DNA of 64,000 bases from Candidatus Latescibacterota bacterium (GCA_965221775.1 CBDCSU010000004.1:640001-704000); one strand, 5' to 3'; shown: positions 9,047-19,454, numbered from the stretch's first letter. Translations and numbers: made by a program. Notes: a model not told the origin generated them from the letters alone.

Positions 9047-10068
9047 TCTCCATGAACGGCAGGCAACGGGTCCTCGCCGCCCTGCAGCGGCAGCCGGTGG
9101 ACCGTACGCCGGTCTGCAATCCCACCTCGGTGGCCACGGTGGAGCTGATGGACCTGGTGGACGCCCCCTTCCCCGCCGCCAACCGCGAGCCCGAGCTGAT
9201 GGCCCGGCTGGCGGCCACGGGGTACACCGAGCTCGGCTTCGACAGCATCATGCCCGTGTTCTCCATCATCCAGGAGTCCTCCGCCCTGGGCTGCAAGATC
9301 CAGTGGGAGCAGAAGGACAACTGGCCCACGGTGAAGATGCGCGAGCCGATCTGGACCTCCGTCGACGACATCGAGATCACTCCCGGCCTGCTCACCCACC
9401 CGGACACGAAGTGCGTCCTCGACGCCCTCACCATCCTCTGCCGGGAGTACGGCGACGAGGCCGCCATCATCGGCAAGACCATGGGGCCCTGGTCCCTCGC
9501 CTACCACTGCCTCGGCGTCGAGCCCTTCCTGCTCATGTCCCTCGACGACCCTGACGAGACGAAGAAGATCCTCGACATCCTCAAGGAGGTCACCGTCGAT
9601 TTCGGCATCGCCCAGGTCGAGGCCGGCGCCGACGCCCTGACCCTCCCCGACCACGCCACCGGCGACCTGGTGAGCGGCTCCTACTACGAGCGCTACCTGC
9701 GCGACCTGCACATCGAGTTCGCCGAGCGCATCCCCTGCCCCATCATCCTGCACATCTGCGGCCGCACCGTGGACCGCATGGAGTTCATCGCCCAGACCGG
9801 CATGGCCGCCTTCCACTACGACTCCAAGAACAAGCCCGGGGAGTCGAGGGAGATCGTCGGCGAGCGCATCAGCCTCGTGGGCAACATCAACAACCCCGAG
9901 ACGCTGTTCTCCAAGGAGCCGGAGGATGTGGCCGCCGAGGTGGTGAAGAACCTGGAGGCGGGCGTGCAACTCGTCGGACCGGAGTGCGCCATCCCTCTGC
10001 AGACCTCCATCGAGAACCTGCGCGCCATCCCGTCAGCGGTGCAGGAATGGCATGCGCTGAACAACTGA
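9043..10068 (+). CDS. MtaA/CmuA family methyltransferase (uroporphyrinogen decarboxylase fold)
   Basis: GRQRVLAAL..QPVDR.PV start, Zn ligands LHICG and GPEC, GNI motif. Confidence 0.9.
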   Translation: MISMNGRQRVLAALQRQPVDRTPVCNPTSVATVELMDLVDAPFPAANREPELMARLAATGYTELGFDSIMPVFSIIQESSALGCKIQWEQKDNWPTVKMREPIWTSVDDIEITPGLLTHPDTKCVLDALTILCREYGDEAAIIGKTMGPWSLAYHCLGVEPFLLMSLDDPDETKKILDILKEVTVDFGIAQVEAGADALTLPDHATGDLVSGSYYERYLRDLHIEFAERIPCPIILHICGRTVDRMEFIAQTGMAAFHYDSKNKPGESREIVGERISLVGNINNPETLFSKEPEDVAAEVVKNLEAGVQLVGPECAIPLQTSIENLRAIPSAVQEWHALNN

Positions 10069-10154
10069 CGATGCCTGGATCCCGCGACAGCCAACAGTGC
10101 AGATGGCGCGCCATCCCCGAGGCCGTGCGCCAGTGGCACGGGCAGGCGAACTGA
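10021..10154 (+). repeat. Diverged direct repeat of the methyltransferase 3' end (10021-10068 vs 10107-10154)
   Basis: 33/48 nt identical, no indels; RAIPSAVQEWHALNN* vs RAIPEAVRQWHGQAN*. Confidence 0.9.
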
Positions 10155-10904
10155 GTGCCCGAGCTCTCGGACATCCACAACGAGACCCTCCGCTTCGAGA
10201 TCGAGGAGTACCTCGAGAGGCCGGAGGAGATCGAGCGCTTCGTGGGGATCTTCTCCGCGGCGCGGCCGATCAACCAGGACATGGCGGCGGCCCTGATCGA
10301 GGGCGACCATCACACCGTCGACGCCCTCGCCGCCCAGGCCCTGGAGGAGGGCCTCGAGGCGCTGGAGGTGATGGACGACGGACTGATCGCCGGCATGGGC
10401 ATCGTGGGGGTCAAGTTCCGGGAGAACTTCATCTTCGTGCCCGAGGTCCTCGCCTGCGCGCGCGCCATGAAAGCGGGCATGGCCCACATCGAGCCGATCC
10501 TGTCGGCCTCGGGCGCCGAGAAGGCGGGCACGGTGGTGATGGGGACGGTGAAGGGCGACCTCCACGACATCGGCAAGAACCTGTGCATCATGATGCTCAA
10601 CGGCGCCGGCTTCGACGTCATCGACCTCGGCGTCGACACCTCGGAGGACGAGTTCATCGACGCGGTGGAGGAGTCGGGGGCGCGGGTCATGGGGATGTCG
10701 GCCCTGCTGACGACGACCATGCCCAACATGGGCAAGACGATCGAGGCCTTCATCGACGCCGACCTGCGCGACGACGTGCAGATCATGGTGGGCGGGGCGC
10801 CCGTGACCCAGGAGTTCGCCGAGGACATGGGCGCCGACGGCTACGGCAAGGACGCCCTGGCCTGCGTGGAGCTGGCCAAGCAGCTGGCTCGGAACGGAAG
10901 CTGA
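10155..10904 (+). CDS. Corrinoid (cobalamin-binding) methyltransferase protein
   Basis: Cap domain GM..VG.KF....FVPEVL; DLHDIGKN, MSALLTTT, MVGGAP motifs. Confidence 0.95.
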   Translation: MPELSDIHNETLRFEIEEYLERPEEIERFVGIFSAARPINQDMAAALIEGDHHTVDALAAQALEEGLEALEVMDDGLIAGMGIVGVKFRENFIFVPEVLACARAMKAGMAHIEPILSASGAEKAGTVVMGTVKGDLHDIGKNLCIMMLNGAGFDVIDLGVDTSEDEFIDAVEESGARVMGMSALLTTTMPNMGKTIEAFIDADLRDDVQIMVGGAPVTQEFAEDMGADGYGKDALACVELAKQLARNGS

Positions 10905-11239
10905 TGGCGGGGATCCGGCCCGAAGAGGTGAAGAAGCGCTTCGACCGCCTCACCGAGATCTTCGGCGGCATCGTCGAGCACGCCGACCTCCAGGCTTCGC
11001 TGCGGTGCCCGTACCGCGACCGGCACGACCTGTGCACGGCCAAGTTCCACTGCAAGAACCAGACCCCCGCCGGGGACGCCGCCGACGGCGACCTGTCGTG
11101 CTCCCACGACGGCCGCTTCGACTACCGCAGCGCCTGGGAATCCGACCCGCGCACCGGCGAGCGCGCCCGCCGCCGCATCGAGACCATCCGCGAGCGCGCC
11201 GCCGAAGACCGCCAGGGGCGCCGCGGCCCCCGGCGCTGA
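10904..11239 (+). CDS. Small Cys-rich hypothetical protein
   Basis: TGATG overlap; RCPY-x5-CTAKFHC-x15-C. Confidence 0.7.
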   Translation: MAGIRPEEVKKRFDRLTEIFGGIVEHADLQASLRCPYRDRHDLCTAKFHCKNQTPAGDAADGDLSCSHDGRFDYRSAWESDPRTGERARRRIETIRERAAEDRQGRRGPRR

Positions 11240-11256
11240 CGGCCGGCCCCCCGGCC

Positions 11257-12915
11257 ATGGCCGTCGTCCGCGCCCCCGGCCTCGAGCCTCGGAGGCTGAC
11301 CCCGGGGCGCACCCTCTTCGACTACGCCGACGACCTGCGGCTGCGGGTCCCCACCTCGTGCCTGCGCAACGGCTACTGCCACGAGTGCGTGGTCGAGGTC
11401 CACTCGGGCATGGAGGCCCTGCGCCCCCGCTCGGAGGCGGAACGGTTCCTGCGCGACCCCTACCGCCTCGCCTGTCAGGCCCTCGTCGTCGAGGATCTCG
11501 ACGTCGACTTCGAGCCCCTCCGGCGGTCGCCGCAGATCCTCTCCGGCACCCGCCCCCGCCGCATCGAGCTTGACCCCGTGGTCGGCCGCCGCGGCGACGA
11601 GGTCCTCTACGACGGCGAGCCCGTCGACCGCTACCGGGGGCACCTCTACGGCCTGGCCATCGATCTCGGGACGACGACGGTCGCCATGGACCTCGTCGAC
11701 CTGGAGACGGGCGACTCGGTCTGCGTCACCTCCTTCGAGAACCCCCAGCGCTTCGGCGGCTCCGACGTGATGCACCGCATCACCTACGACGGCGGCCCCC
11801 ACCACGGCGAGCTGCAGAAGGCGGTGGCCACCGCCCTCAACCACCACATCGCCGGCATGTGCGACCGCCTCGGCTTCGTCCGCCAGGAGATCTACGAGAT
11901 CACCCTCGCCGGCAACCCGACCATGCGCGACCTGCTCTTCCGGCTGGACGTGCAGCCCATCGGCACCCGCCCCTACAAGTCGACGGTGGAGCGCGCCTTC
12001 CTCGACGGCGAACGGTCGACCACCGCCTGGGTGGAGAAGTCGCGGCGCCTGGGCATCCGCGCCAACATCCACACCCGCGTCTACGGCCTGCCGCTGATCG
12101 CCAGCCACGTGGGCGCCGACACCGCCGCCGCTCTCGTAGCCTGCGACCTGCTGAGCGCCGAGGGCGACGGGGTGAGCCTCCTCGTCGACGTGGGCACCAA
12201 CACCGAGGTGGTCATCGCCGGACGGGGGCGGATGGTGGCCGCCTCCTCGCCGGCGGGGCCGGCCTTCGAAGGCGGCCTCGTGGGCTGCGGCATGCCCGGC
12301 TACGAGGGCGCCATCGAGTCGGTGCGCATCGACGACCACGGGGCCTTCGTCTGCTCCACCATCGGCGGCGCCGAGCCCCTGGGCCTCTGCGGCTCCGGCC
12401 TGGTGGACCTGCTCGCCGAGCTGCGGCGCACCAACCGCATGTCGGAGAAGGGCGTCCTCGGAGACGGCCGGCAGCGCAACCCGCGGGTGATGGTGGCGCC
12501 GGAGCAGGGCCTCGCCTTCTCCGCCGAGGACGCCAGCCACCTGGCCCAGGCGAAAGCGGCCAACTACTGCGGCCAGTATCTTCTGCTGCGCGAGTTCGGC
12601 ATCGATCCGGCCGACGTGTCGCGGCTCTACCTGGCCGGGGGCTTCGCCAACTACGTCGACGCCGCCAATGCGGTGGCCATCGGCTTCCTGGCGCCGGTGC
12701 CGGCGGAGCGCGTCGTCAAGGTCGGCAACGCCGCCCTCCAGGGCGCCCGCGAGGTGCTGCTCAGCCGCGGCCGGCGCCAGCGGCTGGAGGCGGCGGTGGC
12801 CGGCATCGAGCATGTGGAGCTGGAGACGGTGCCCGAGTTCTTCGACGCCTTCGTCGACGGCTGCATGTTCCGGCCCATGCCCTCCCGCGTCCTCAACCGA
12901 CAGGATCCCCGTTGA
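11257..12915 (+). CDS. RACo/RamA-type ASKHA ATPase, reductive activator of corrinoid proteins, with N-terminal 2Fe-2S domain
   Basis: CLRNGYCHEC...RLAC; DLGTTT, NPQ.FG.DV, DVGTNTE, AGPAFEG, GLCGSG, LAGGF, GNAAL.GA. Confidence 0.92.
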   Translation: MAVVRAPGLEPRRLTPGRTLFDYADDLRLRVPTSCLRNGYCHECVVEVHSGMEALRPRSEAERFLRDPYRLACQALVVEDLDVDFEPLRRSPQILSGTRPRRIELDPVVGRRGDEVLYDGEPVDRYRGHLYGLAIDLGTTTVAMDLVDLETGDSVCVTSFENPQRFGGSDVMHRITYDGGPHHGELQKAVATALNHHIAGMCDRLGFVRQEIYEITLAGNPTMRDLLFRLDVQPIGTRPYKSTVERAFLDGERSTTAWVEKSRRLGIRANIHTRVYGLPLIASHVGADTAAALVACDLLSAEGDGVSLLVDVGTNTEVVIAGRGRMVAASSPAGPAFEGGLVGCGMPGYEGAIESVRIDDHGAFVCSTIGGAEPLGLCGSGLVDLLAELRRTNRMSEKGVLGDGRQRNPRVMVAPEQGLAFSAEDASHLAQAKAANYCGQYLLLREFGIDPADVSRLYLAGGFANYVDAANAVAIGFLAPVPAERVVKVGNAALQGAREVLLSRGRRQRLEAAVAGIEHVELETVPEFFDAFVDGCMFRPMPSRVLNRQDPR

Positions 12916-13922
12916 AGAGCTTCCGCCAACGACTGGACGACCCGGAGCCCGTCCTCTTCGACGGCGGCTTCGGCACCCAGCTCTTCGCCCGCGGGGTGGA
13001 GCTGCCCAACAGCGCCCTGGCCAACGCCCACCACCCCGAGGCCGTCGTCGACGTCCACCGGGCCTACATCGCCGCCGGCTCGGAGATGATCGAGACGAAC
13101 ACCTTCGTCGCCTCAGCCCTGCACCTGGAGATGGCCGATGCCGGCGACCTCACCGCCGGCGAGCTGGCCAGGCTCGCAGCCGCCCACGCCCGGCGGGCGG
13201 TGGAGGAGAGCGGAGACCCGGTCTACGTGGCCGGCTGCCTGGGGCCCTCTCCCGGGGCGATCGAGGCCGACGCCGGAGACACCGACTTCGGCATCGCCGA
13301 CGACAAGGTCCGCGCCGCCCACCAGGAGGTGGCCGAGGGCCTGGCTTCCGCCGGCGTCGACCTGTTCCTGGTGGAGACCATGTTCTCGGCCCGCGAGGCG
13401 GCCATCGCCGTCGACGTGGCCCGGGGCTTCGGTCTGCCCTTGGCCGTCTGTCTGACCTACAAGTACACCCGGGACCGGCGGACGAAGCAGGTCGTCTACC
13501 GCACCGACTGGGGCCATTCCCCCGCCGACGCCGTCGAGATCCTCGGCTCCGGGGAGCACTCCGGCGGTGACGACCTGCTGCCCTCGATCGACCTCTTCGG
13601 CCTCAACTGCGGCGCCGAGTCCCGGCGCGAGGAGCACTCCGGCATGGCCTACGCCATCGAGGGCACGAGACAGACCGCCGCGGCCCTCGCCGCGCGCGGC
13701 CTGAACGGCCTCCGCCTGGCCGCCTACCCGAACGCGGGTCTGCCGAAGCTGGACCGCGAGACCCGCCAGACCTACTACCTGCAGGGTCCGGATGTGATGA
13801 TCGCGAGCCTCGACGCGCTGCAACAGGCGGGCGCCTGGCTCATCGGCGGCTGCTGCGGCACCACCCCCGACCACATCCGCGCCTTCCGCGACGGCCTCGA
13901 CGCCGGCGCCGACGATGGCTGA
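12912..13922 (+). CDS. Homocysteine S-methyltransferase domain protein (stand-alone MetH N-terminal module)
   Basis: DGGFGTQL, ETNTF, ETM, GLNC, YPNAGLP, IGGCCGTTPDHI; TTG start overlapping the upstream TGA. Confidence 0.9.
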   Translation: MKSFRQRLDDPEPVLFDGGFGTQLFARGVELPNSALANAHHPEAVVDVHRAYIAAGSEMIETNTFVASALHLEMADAGDLTAGELARLAAAHARRAVEESGDPVYVAGCLGPSPGAIEADAGDTDFGIADDKVRAAHQEVAEGLASAGVDLFLVETMFSAREAAIAVDVARGFGLPLAVCLTYKYTRDRRTKQVVYRTDWGHSPADAVEILGSGEHSGGDDLLPSIDLFGLNCGAESRREEHSGMAYAIEGTRQTAAALAARGLNGLRLAAYPNAGLPKLDRETRQTYYLQGPDVMIASLDALQQAGAWLIGGCCGTTPDHIRAFRDGLDAGADDG

Positions 13923-14184
13923 GTACCAGGTCCTCTACTGGCGGGACATCCCCGCCCAGGTCCGCGTCTTCGGCGGCCGGCGGCCCCTCTCCCGGCCCCT
14001 GCCCGACCGCTTCCAGCAGGCGATCGACCGCGTCGCCATGCGCGACGGTCTCGCCGGCACCGACGACTACCTGGCCCAGTGGCAGTGGACCGAGAAGCGC
14101 ACCGGCGACGGCGAGCCGGAGGAGTTGCTCGGCCGCCTCATCGAGGAGCTGGCAGCCGAGTACGACGCCGCCAACCCCGGCTGA
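13915..14184 (+). CDS. Virulence_fact (PF13769)-like small protein
   Basis: YWRDIPAQV...L..RFQQAIDR.AM..G...DDYL..W signature. Confidence 0.8.
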   Translation: MAEYQVLYWRDIPAQVRVFGGRRPLSRPLPDRFQQAIDRVAMRDGLAGTDDYLAQWQWTEKRTGDGEPEELLGRLIEELAAEYDAANPG

Positions 14185-14187
14185 GCC

Positions 14188-16134
14188 GTGGCCTCCACCT
14201 ACCCCAAGAGCTACGAGACGATCGTCGTCGGCGGCGGCCACGCCGGCACCGAGGCGGCCCTGGCGGCGGCGCGCATGGGCGCCGAGACGCTGCTGGTGAC
14301 GATGAACCTCGACACCATCGGCCAGATGTCGTGCAACCCCGCCATCGGCGGCATCGGCAAGGGCCACATGGTCAAGGAGATCGACGCCCTCGGCGGCCAG
14401 ATGGGCGTCAACACCGACCTCGCCGGCATCCAGTTCCGGCGCCTCAACACGCGCCGGGGCCCGGCGGTGCGCGCCACCCGCGCCCAGTGCGACAAGAAGG
14501 CCTACCAGCTCGAGCTGAAATACGCCTGCGAGGCCCAGCCCCGCCTCGACGTACGCCAGGGCATGATGGAGAGCCTGCGGGTGGAGGACGGCGCCATGCG
14601 CGGCATCGGCGTCAAGGGGGGGATCGTCTACTCCGGGCGCACCGTCATCCTGACGACGGGGACCTTCCTGCGCGGCAAGATCCACGTGGGCGACTTCCGG
14701 TACGCCGCCGGCCGCGCCGGCGAGGGCTCGGCCGACCGCGCCGCCGAGGGGCTCGCGGGTCTGGGGTTCCGGATCGGCCGCCTGAAGACGGGCACGCCGC
14801 CGCGCGTCAACGGCAGGACCATCGACTTCTCCGCCCTGGAGCCGCAGCCGGGGGACGAGCCGCCGCCCACCTTCTCCTGCCGCACCGAGGGCCCCGTCCT
14901 GCGCCAGATCCCCTGCTGGATCACGTACACCCACGCCGGGACCCACCAGCTGATCCGCGACAATCTCGAGCGCTCGGCGATGTACTCGGGCCGCATCGAG
15001 GGGGTCGGTCCGCGTTACTGCCCTTCCATCGAGGACAAGGTGGTGCGCTTCGCCGACCGCGACCGGCACCAGATCTTCGTCGAGCCCGAGGGCCTGCGCA
15101 CTCACGAGCACTACATCAACGGCCTCTCCATGAGCCTGCCCGAGGAGGTGCAGCTGCCCGTCCTGCGCTCCCTGCCCGGCCTCGAGCGGGCCGAGATGAT
15201 GCGCCCCGCCTACGCCGTCGAGTACGACTACGCGGAGCCCACCCAGCTCTACCCCACCCTGGAGACCAAGCGGGTGCGGGGGCTGTTCTTCGCCGGGCAG
15301 ATCAACGGCACCACCGGCTACGAGGAGGCCGGCGCCCAGGGGCTGATGGCGGGGATCAACGCCGTCCTCAAGTCCCGCGGCGAGGACGGCTTCGTCCTCG
15401 ACCGTTCCCAGGCGTACATCGGCGTGCTCATCGACGACCTGGTGACCAAGGGGACGACGGAGCCCTACCGCATCTTCACGTCGCGGGCGGAGTACCGCCT
15501 GCTGCTGCGCGAGGACAACGCCGACGAACGCCTCACGGAGCACGGCCGCCGCTTCGGCATCGTCGACGACGAGAGCTGGCGGAAGTACGAGATCAAGCGC
15601 GACAGCATCGCCGCCGAGATGGAGCGCCTGGAGTCGCAGCGCCTGCCCCTGGGGGAGGGCCTCGACGAGCTGCTGCGGCAGCGGCAGACGGCGCCGGTGC
15701 GCCAGCCTCCCCTGCTGCGCGACCTGCTGCGGCGGCCGGAGCTGCGCTATGCCGACATCGCCGCCCTGGCGCCCCCCCGGCGGCCGCTGACGCCGGAGGC
15801 GGGGGAGTGCGTGGAGGCGCGGGTCAAGTACGCGGGCTACGTCGACCGTCAGGCCGAGGAGGTGGAGCGGCTGCGGCGCATGGAGACGCTGCGCATCCCG
15901 GAGGACTTCGACTACGACGAGGAGGCGCGCCAGCTCTCCTCGGAGGCGCGCCAGAAGCTCGGGCGCGTGCGGCCCCGCTCCCTGGGGCAGGCGTCGCGCA
16001 TCTCGGGCGTCTCCCCCGCCGACGTGTCGTCGCTGATGGTGCTCCTCAAGGCGCGGCGGGGGCGGCGGGCGGCGGCGGCTCCGGCCTCTTCACCTTCCGA
16101 ACCCGCGAGTCCTCGGTCAGCAGCCAGCGGTTGA
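14188..16134 (+). CDS. mnmG: tRNA uridine 5-carboxymethylaminomethyl modification enzyme
   Basis: [48 protein letters not shown]. Confidence 0.98.
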   Translation: MASTYPKSYETIVVGGGHAGTEAALAAARMGAETLLVTMNLDTIGQMSCNPAIGGIGKGHMVKEIDALGGQMGVNTDLAGIQFRRLNTRRGPAVRATRAQCDKKAYQLELKYACEAQPRLDVRQGMMESLRVEDGAMRGIGVKGGIVYSGRTVILTTGTFLRGKIHVGDFRYAAGRAGEGSADRAAEGLAGLGFRIGRLKTGTPPRVNGRTIDFSALEPQPGDEPPPTFSCRTEGPVLRQIPCWITYTHAGTHQLIRDNLERSAMYSGRIEGVGPRYCPSIEDKVVRFADRDRHQIFVEPEGLRTHEHYINGLSMSLPEEVQLPVLRSLPGLERAEMMRPAYAVEYDYAEPTQLYPTLETKRVRGLFFAGQINGTTGYEEAGAQGLMAGINAVLKSRGEDGFVLDRSQAYIGVLIDDLVTKGTTEPYRIFTSRAEYRLLLREDNADERLTEHGRRFGIVDDESWRKYEIKRDSIAAEMERLESQRLPLGEGLDELLRQRQTAPVRQPPLLRDLLRRPELRYADIAALAPPRRPLTPEAGECVEARVKYAGYVDRQAEEVERLRRMETLRIPEDFDYDEEARQLSSEARQKLGRVRPRSLGQASRISGVSPADVSSLMVLLKARRGRRAAAAPASSPSEPASPRSAASG

Positions 16135-17200
16135 TGGCGCCGTCGCCGTGCAGGTCGGCGGCCTCCTCGACCCAGGCCTCGTACCCGTGCTCCGCCGCCG
16201 CGATCCCCGGCGGCCAGTGGAAGCCGTCCATCGTCCGGGGCGCGAGTCCGAGGCTCTCGGGCACGGCGGCATAGGCCAGCCCCTTGCGGGCGCGGACCCG
16301 CTGCCGCCAGTAGATCTCCCGCAGCAGGCGGATCGCCGCGTCCTCGGGCGGCAGCTCGAAGTCGCCGCCGGCGGCCCCGGGGCCGACCACCTCGTGGGCG
16401 AAACGCACGTAGCCCCACTGCTCCGGGAAGTGCATGTTGATCAGGCCCTGGGGCGACCACACCCAGTTGTCCTCGCGCTCGCCGGGGACCTTCACGTAGC
16501 CCTGCCCGTCCTCGGCGGCCACGACCCGCCACTGCACGCGGGAGAAGTTGATCCGCCAGATGTGGCCGTCCTCGGGGGGCACGGCGGTGCGGCTGGGACG
16601 GCGCAGCCCCTCCCAGGGGAAGGCGATCTCCACCGACCAGCCCTCGTCCTCGTCGCCGGGGTCGTTGATCGTGCCGTAGACCCGGACCCCCGTGCGCAGG
16701 CCGGGAATGTCCCAGGCGTGGACCGGGGGCCCGCCGTCGCGGTAGGGCCGCACCAGCAGCAGGTCCCACTCGGTGCCGAAGGCGTTGACCTCGTACTCGT
16801 AGTAGTTGTGGGTGTCCCAGTCGGGGTCGACGAAGACCTCGAAGTCGTTGTCGTGGAAGATGACGGCGTCGCGCTGGGTGAGGGTGGCCCAGACATGGGG
16901 CTCCTCGAGGAAGGCGGCGACGTAGAAGTGCTCGTCGTCCCACAGCATCCTGGCCCGGGTCTGCAGCCGCGGCGCCGCCTTGAGGTCGCCCTCGATGTCG
17001 ACGAAGAGCTGCGTCCAGGGGGCGTGCTGCCAGGAGGGCTCGTCGAGGGAGCCGTCGACGACGACCGCCCCGGAGGCGCGGAAGGCGGTATAGCGCCGCG
17101 GCTCGATACCCGCCAGGTGCTCCGGGTCCCACGGCGCCCCGAGGGCCGCCGCAGCCACGGCCGGAGCGATCAGCAGAGCGCGAAAACCACCGATGGCCAC
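16046..17200 (-). CDS. Secreted carbohydrate-binding family 9-like protein
   Basis: Signal peptide; [42 protein letters not shown]. Confidence 0.85.
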   Translation of the reverse strand: MAIGGFRALLIAPAVAAAALGAPWDPEHLAGIEPRRYTAFRASGAVVVDGSLDEPSWQHAPWTQLFVDIEGDLKAAPRLQTRARMLWDDEHFYVAAFLEEPHVWATLTQRDAVIFHDNDFEVFVDPDWDTHNYYEYEVNAFGTEWDLLLVRPYRDGGPPVHAWDIPGLRTGVRVYGTINDPGDEDEGWSVEIAFPWEGLRRPSRTAVPPEDGHIWRINFSRVQWRVVAAEDGQGYVKVPGEREDNWVWSPQGLINMHFPEQWGYVRFAHEVVGPGAAGGDFELPPEDAAIRLLREIYWRQRVRARKGLAYAAVPESLGLAPRTMDGFHWPPGIAAAEHGYEAWVEEAADLHGDGAINRWLLTEDSRVRKVKRPEPPPPAAPAAP

Positions 17201-17245
17201 CTCGTCTATCTCCAGTCTGCGCCGTCACTTGGCCCCGATCTTCAC

Positions 17246-17275
17246 TTGCGGGGAACGGGCGCCGCCCCCTATACT
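17246..17275 (+). promoter_or_regulatory. Putative sigma70 promoter of the adk operon
   Basis: TTGCGG-N18-TATACT in the divergent intergenic region. Confidence 0.45.
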
Positions 17276-17342
17276 ACGCGTTTTCGCCTACCCCCCTCAA
17301 CGAAGGCGCCCACGCGTCTCACGCCACCCCAGGGCAGACCGC

Positions 17343-17990
17343 GTGCAGTTGATCCTCCTCGGGGCCCCCGGCTCCGGCAAGGGCACCCAGGCCCGCCGGC
17401 TGGAGCAAGCCTACGGGGTCGTCCACATCTCCACCGGCGACATGCTGCGCGACGCCGTGGCCGAGGGCACCGAGCTCGGCGGCCTGATCGAGGACCGCCT
17501 GCGGCGCGGCCACCTGGTCCCCGATGCCCACGTCCTGGCGCTGGTGGCGGCACGTCTCGGCCGGGGCGACCTGCACCGCGGCTTCGCCATCGACGGCTAT
17601 CCCCGCACGCGGCGGCAGGTGGACGACTTCGAGAAGCTGATGCAGGGCCTCGGACTCGGCACCGACGCCGCTCTGAACATCGCCGTGCCCGACGAGATCG
17701 TCGTCGAGCGCCTCTCCAGCCGCCGCATCGACCCCGAGACCGGCCGCGTCTACAACCTCGCCCTCGAGGCCCAGCCGCCGCCCGAGATCGCCGGCCGCCT
17801 GGCCCGCCGCAACGACGACCGCCCCGAGATCATCCGCCAGCGCCTCGCCACCTACCACGCCGAGACCCGGCCCGTCATCGAGCACTACCGGCGCACCGGG
17901 CAGCTCATCGAGGTCGAAGGCGCCCGCCCCCCCTCCGAGGTCTTCGGCGACATCCGCCAGGGGCTGGAGGCGGCCGTGCAGAGCCGCTGA
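17343..17990 (+). CDS. adk: Adenylate kinase
   Basis: LLGAPGSGKGTQ, HISTGDMLR, DGYPRT, RNDD; GTG start chosen. Confidence 0.95.
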   Translation: MQLILLGAPGSGKGTQARRLEQAYGVVHISTGDMLRDAVAEGTELGGLIEDRLRRGHLVPDAHVLALVAARLGRGDLHRGFAIDGYPRTRRQVDDFEKLMQGLGLGTDAALNIAVPDEIVVERLSSRRIDPETGRVYNLALEAQPPPEIAGRLARRNDDRPEIIRQRLATYHAETRPVIEHYRRTGQLIEVEGARPPSEVFGDIRQGLEAAVQSR

Positions 17991-17992
17991 TC

Positions 17993-18325
17993 TTGTCCGG
18001 CACCGACCGCATCTCCCTCTACAAGAGCGGCCTGGCCAAGTACGCCGGCCAGGACTTCGCCGGCGCCCGGGCCGACTTCGAGCAGGCCCTCCGGCTCGAC
18101 CCGGAGTTCGCCGACGTCCACCACTCCCTGGCCCACGTCCTCGAGAAGCTGGGAGACCTGGACGGCGCCCTGGCCAGCGCCCTGCGGGCGGTGGAGCTGT
18201 CCCCGGACGAGGTTCTGGCCCACACGTCGCTCTCCATCATCTACATGCGCAAGGGCATGATCCCGGAAGCCGAAGCCGAGAAGGCCCTGGCCGACGAGCT
18301 GCAGCGCCGCCAGGACGGGGCCTGA
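17993..18325 (+). CDS. Small TPR-repeat protein
   Basis: Helical repeats A...FEQALRLDP, A.....RAVELSP; probable TTG start. Confidence 0.75.
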   Translation: MSGTDRISLYKSGLAKYAGQDFAGARADFEQALRLDPEFADVHHSLAHVLEKLGDLDGALASALRAVELSPDEVLAHTSLSIIYMRKGMIPEAEAEKALADELQRRQDGA

Positions 18326-18347
18326 GCCTCCTCCTCCCCGCGCTGCC

Positions 18348-19454
18348 ATGGCCACGGCCGCCGGCCCGAAGGCCCCCGCCCCAGCCGCCGCACCCGAGCC
18401 AGAGCCCGCCTTCCACATCGGCCCCTACCCCCTGCGCCCCCTGCGTCCGGGCATGCCGGTGCTGGCCCTGGCGCCGCTGGCCGGCGTCGGCAACTGGGTC
18501 TTTCGGCTGATCTGCGCCCGTCTCGGGGCGCGCCTGGTGGGCGTGGAGTTCATCAACTGCCGCATCGTGCACCAGTCCGGCATCCGCGTGCAGCGCCTCC
18601 TCGACTTCTCCGACGCCGACGTGTACCGGCGCACGGGGATCAGCCTGCTGGCGGCGCAGATCTACGGCAACGACATCGGCCTCATGGCCGACGGCGCCCG
18701 CCAGCTGGAGCGGCGCGGCGCCCAGGTGGTGGACATCAACTTCGGCTGCTCGGTGCCGCAGATCGTGCGCAAGGGCAGCTGCGCCGCCTTCCTGCGCGAC
18801 CTGCCCCGGTTCTACGAGGCGGTGGCGGCCACGGTGGAGGCGGTGAGCGTGCCGGTCATGGTCAAGACCCGCATCGGCTGGGACGACGACACCATCAACG
18901 TCGTCGAGATCGTCCGCCAGGCCCAGGCCGCCGGGGCCCGGGCGATCGCCATCCACGCCCGCACGGTGATGCAGAAGTACGACGGCCAGGCCCGCTGGGA
19001 GTGGCTGGGGCGCGCATGCGAGGAGGCCGAGGTGCCCGTTTTCGGCAACGGCGACGTGCGCAGCTACGAGGACGCCCTGGCCATGGTCGAGCGCACCGGC
19101 TGCGACGCGGTCATGATCGGCCGGGCGGCGATGGCCAACCCGTGGATCTTCTCGGCCCGGCGCGGCGCCAACCTGGCGGAGCGGATCGAGCTGGCCGCCG
19201 ACCAGGTGCGCTGGATGGCGCAGTACAAGGGCGAGCACGTGGGCGTCAAGGAGACGAGAAAGCACCTCGCCCTCTACTTCCGCGACCTGCACCGGGACTC
19301 CCCCGAGCGCCTGCGCCTGCTGACCACCGAGTCCCTCGGCGAGCTGCTGGACTTCCTGGAGAGCTGGAGCCAGGCCCTCGACGGGGACCCGGAGCGGGAC
19401 CTCGCCCTCAGCGCCTCCGAGGCGAACCGCCTGGCCTGGAGCGGCACCGGATGA
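18348..19454 (+). CDS. dusB: tRNA-dihydrouridine synthase
   Basis: LAPLAG, DINFGC, VKTRIGW, HAR, GNGDV, VMIGRAA..NPW. Confidence 0.9.
   Translation: MATAAGPKAPAPAAAPEPEPAFHIGPYPLRPLRPGMPVLALAPLAGVGNWVFRLICARLGARLVGVEFINCRIVHQSGIRVQRLLDFSDADVYRRTGISLLAAQIYGNDIGLMADGARQLERRGAQVVDINFGCSVPQIVRKGSCAAFLRDLPRFYEAVAATVEAVSVPVMVKTRIGWDDDTINVVEIVRQAQAAGARAIAIHARTVMQKYDGQARWEWLGRACEEAEVPVFGNGDVRSYEDALAMVERTGCDAVMIGRAAMANPWIFSARRGANLAERIELAADQVRWMAQYKGEHVGVKETRKHLALYFRDLHRDSPERLRLLTTESLGELLDFLESWSQALDGDPERDLALSASEANRLAWSGTG

Noticed and set aside
9043-10068. Uroporphyrinogen decarboxylase HemE
   Set aside because: Lacks RQAGR, has HxC/C zinc ligands and corrinoid neighbours
16046-16134. 89-nt convergent overlap of mnmG and the CBM9-like gene
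   Set aside because: Both tails are low-complexity Ala/Pro/Ser, most simply stop-codon drift in GC-rich DNA
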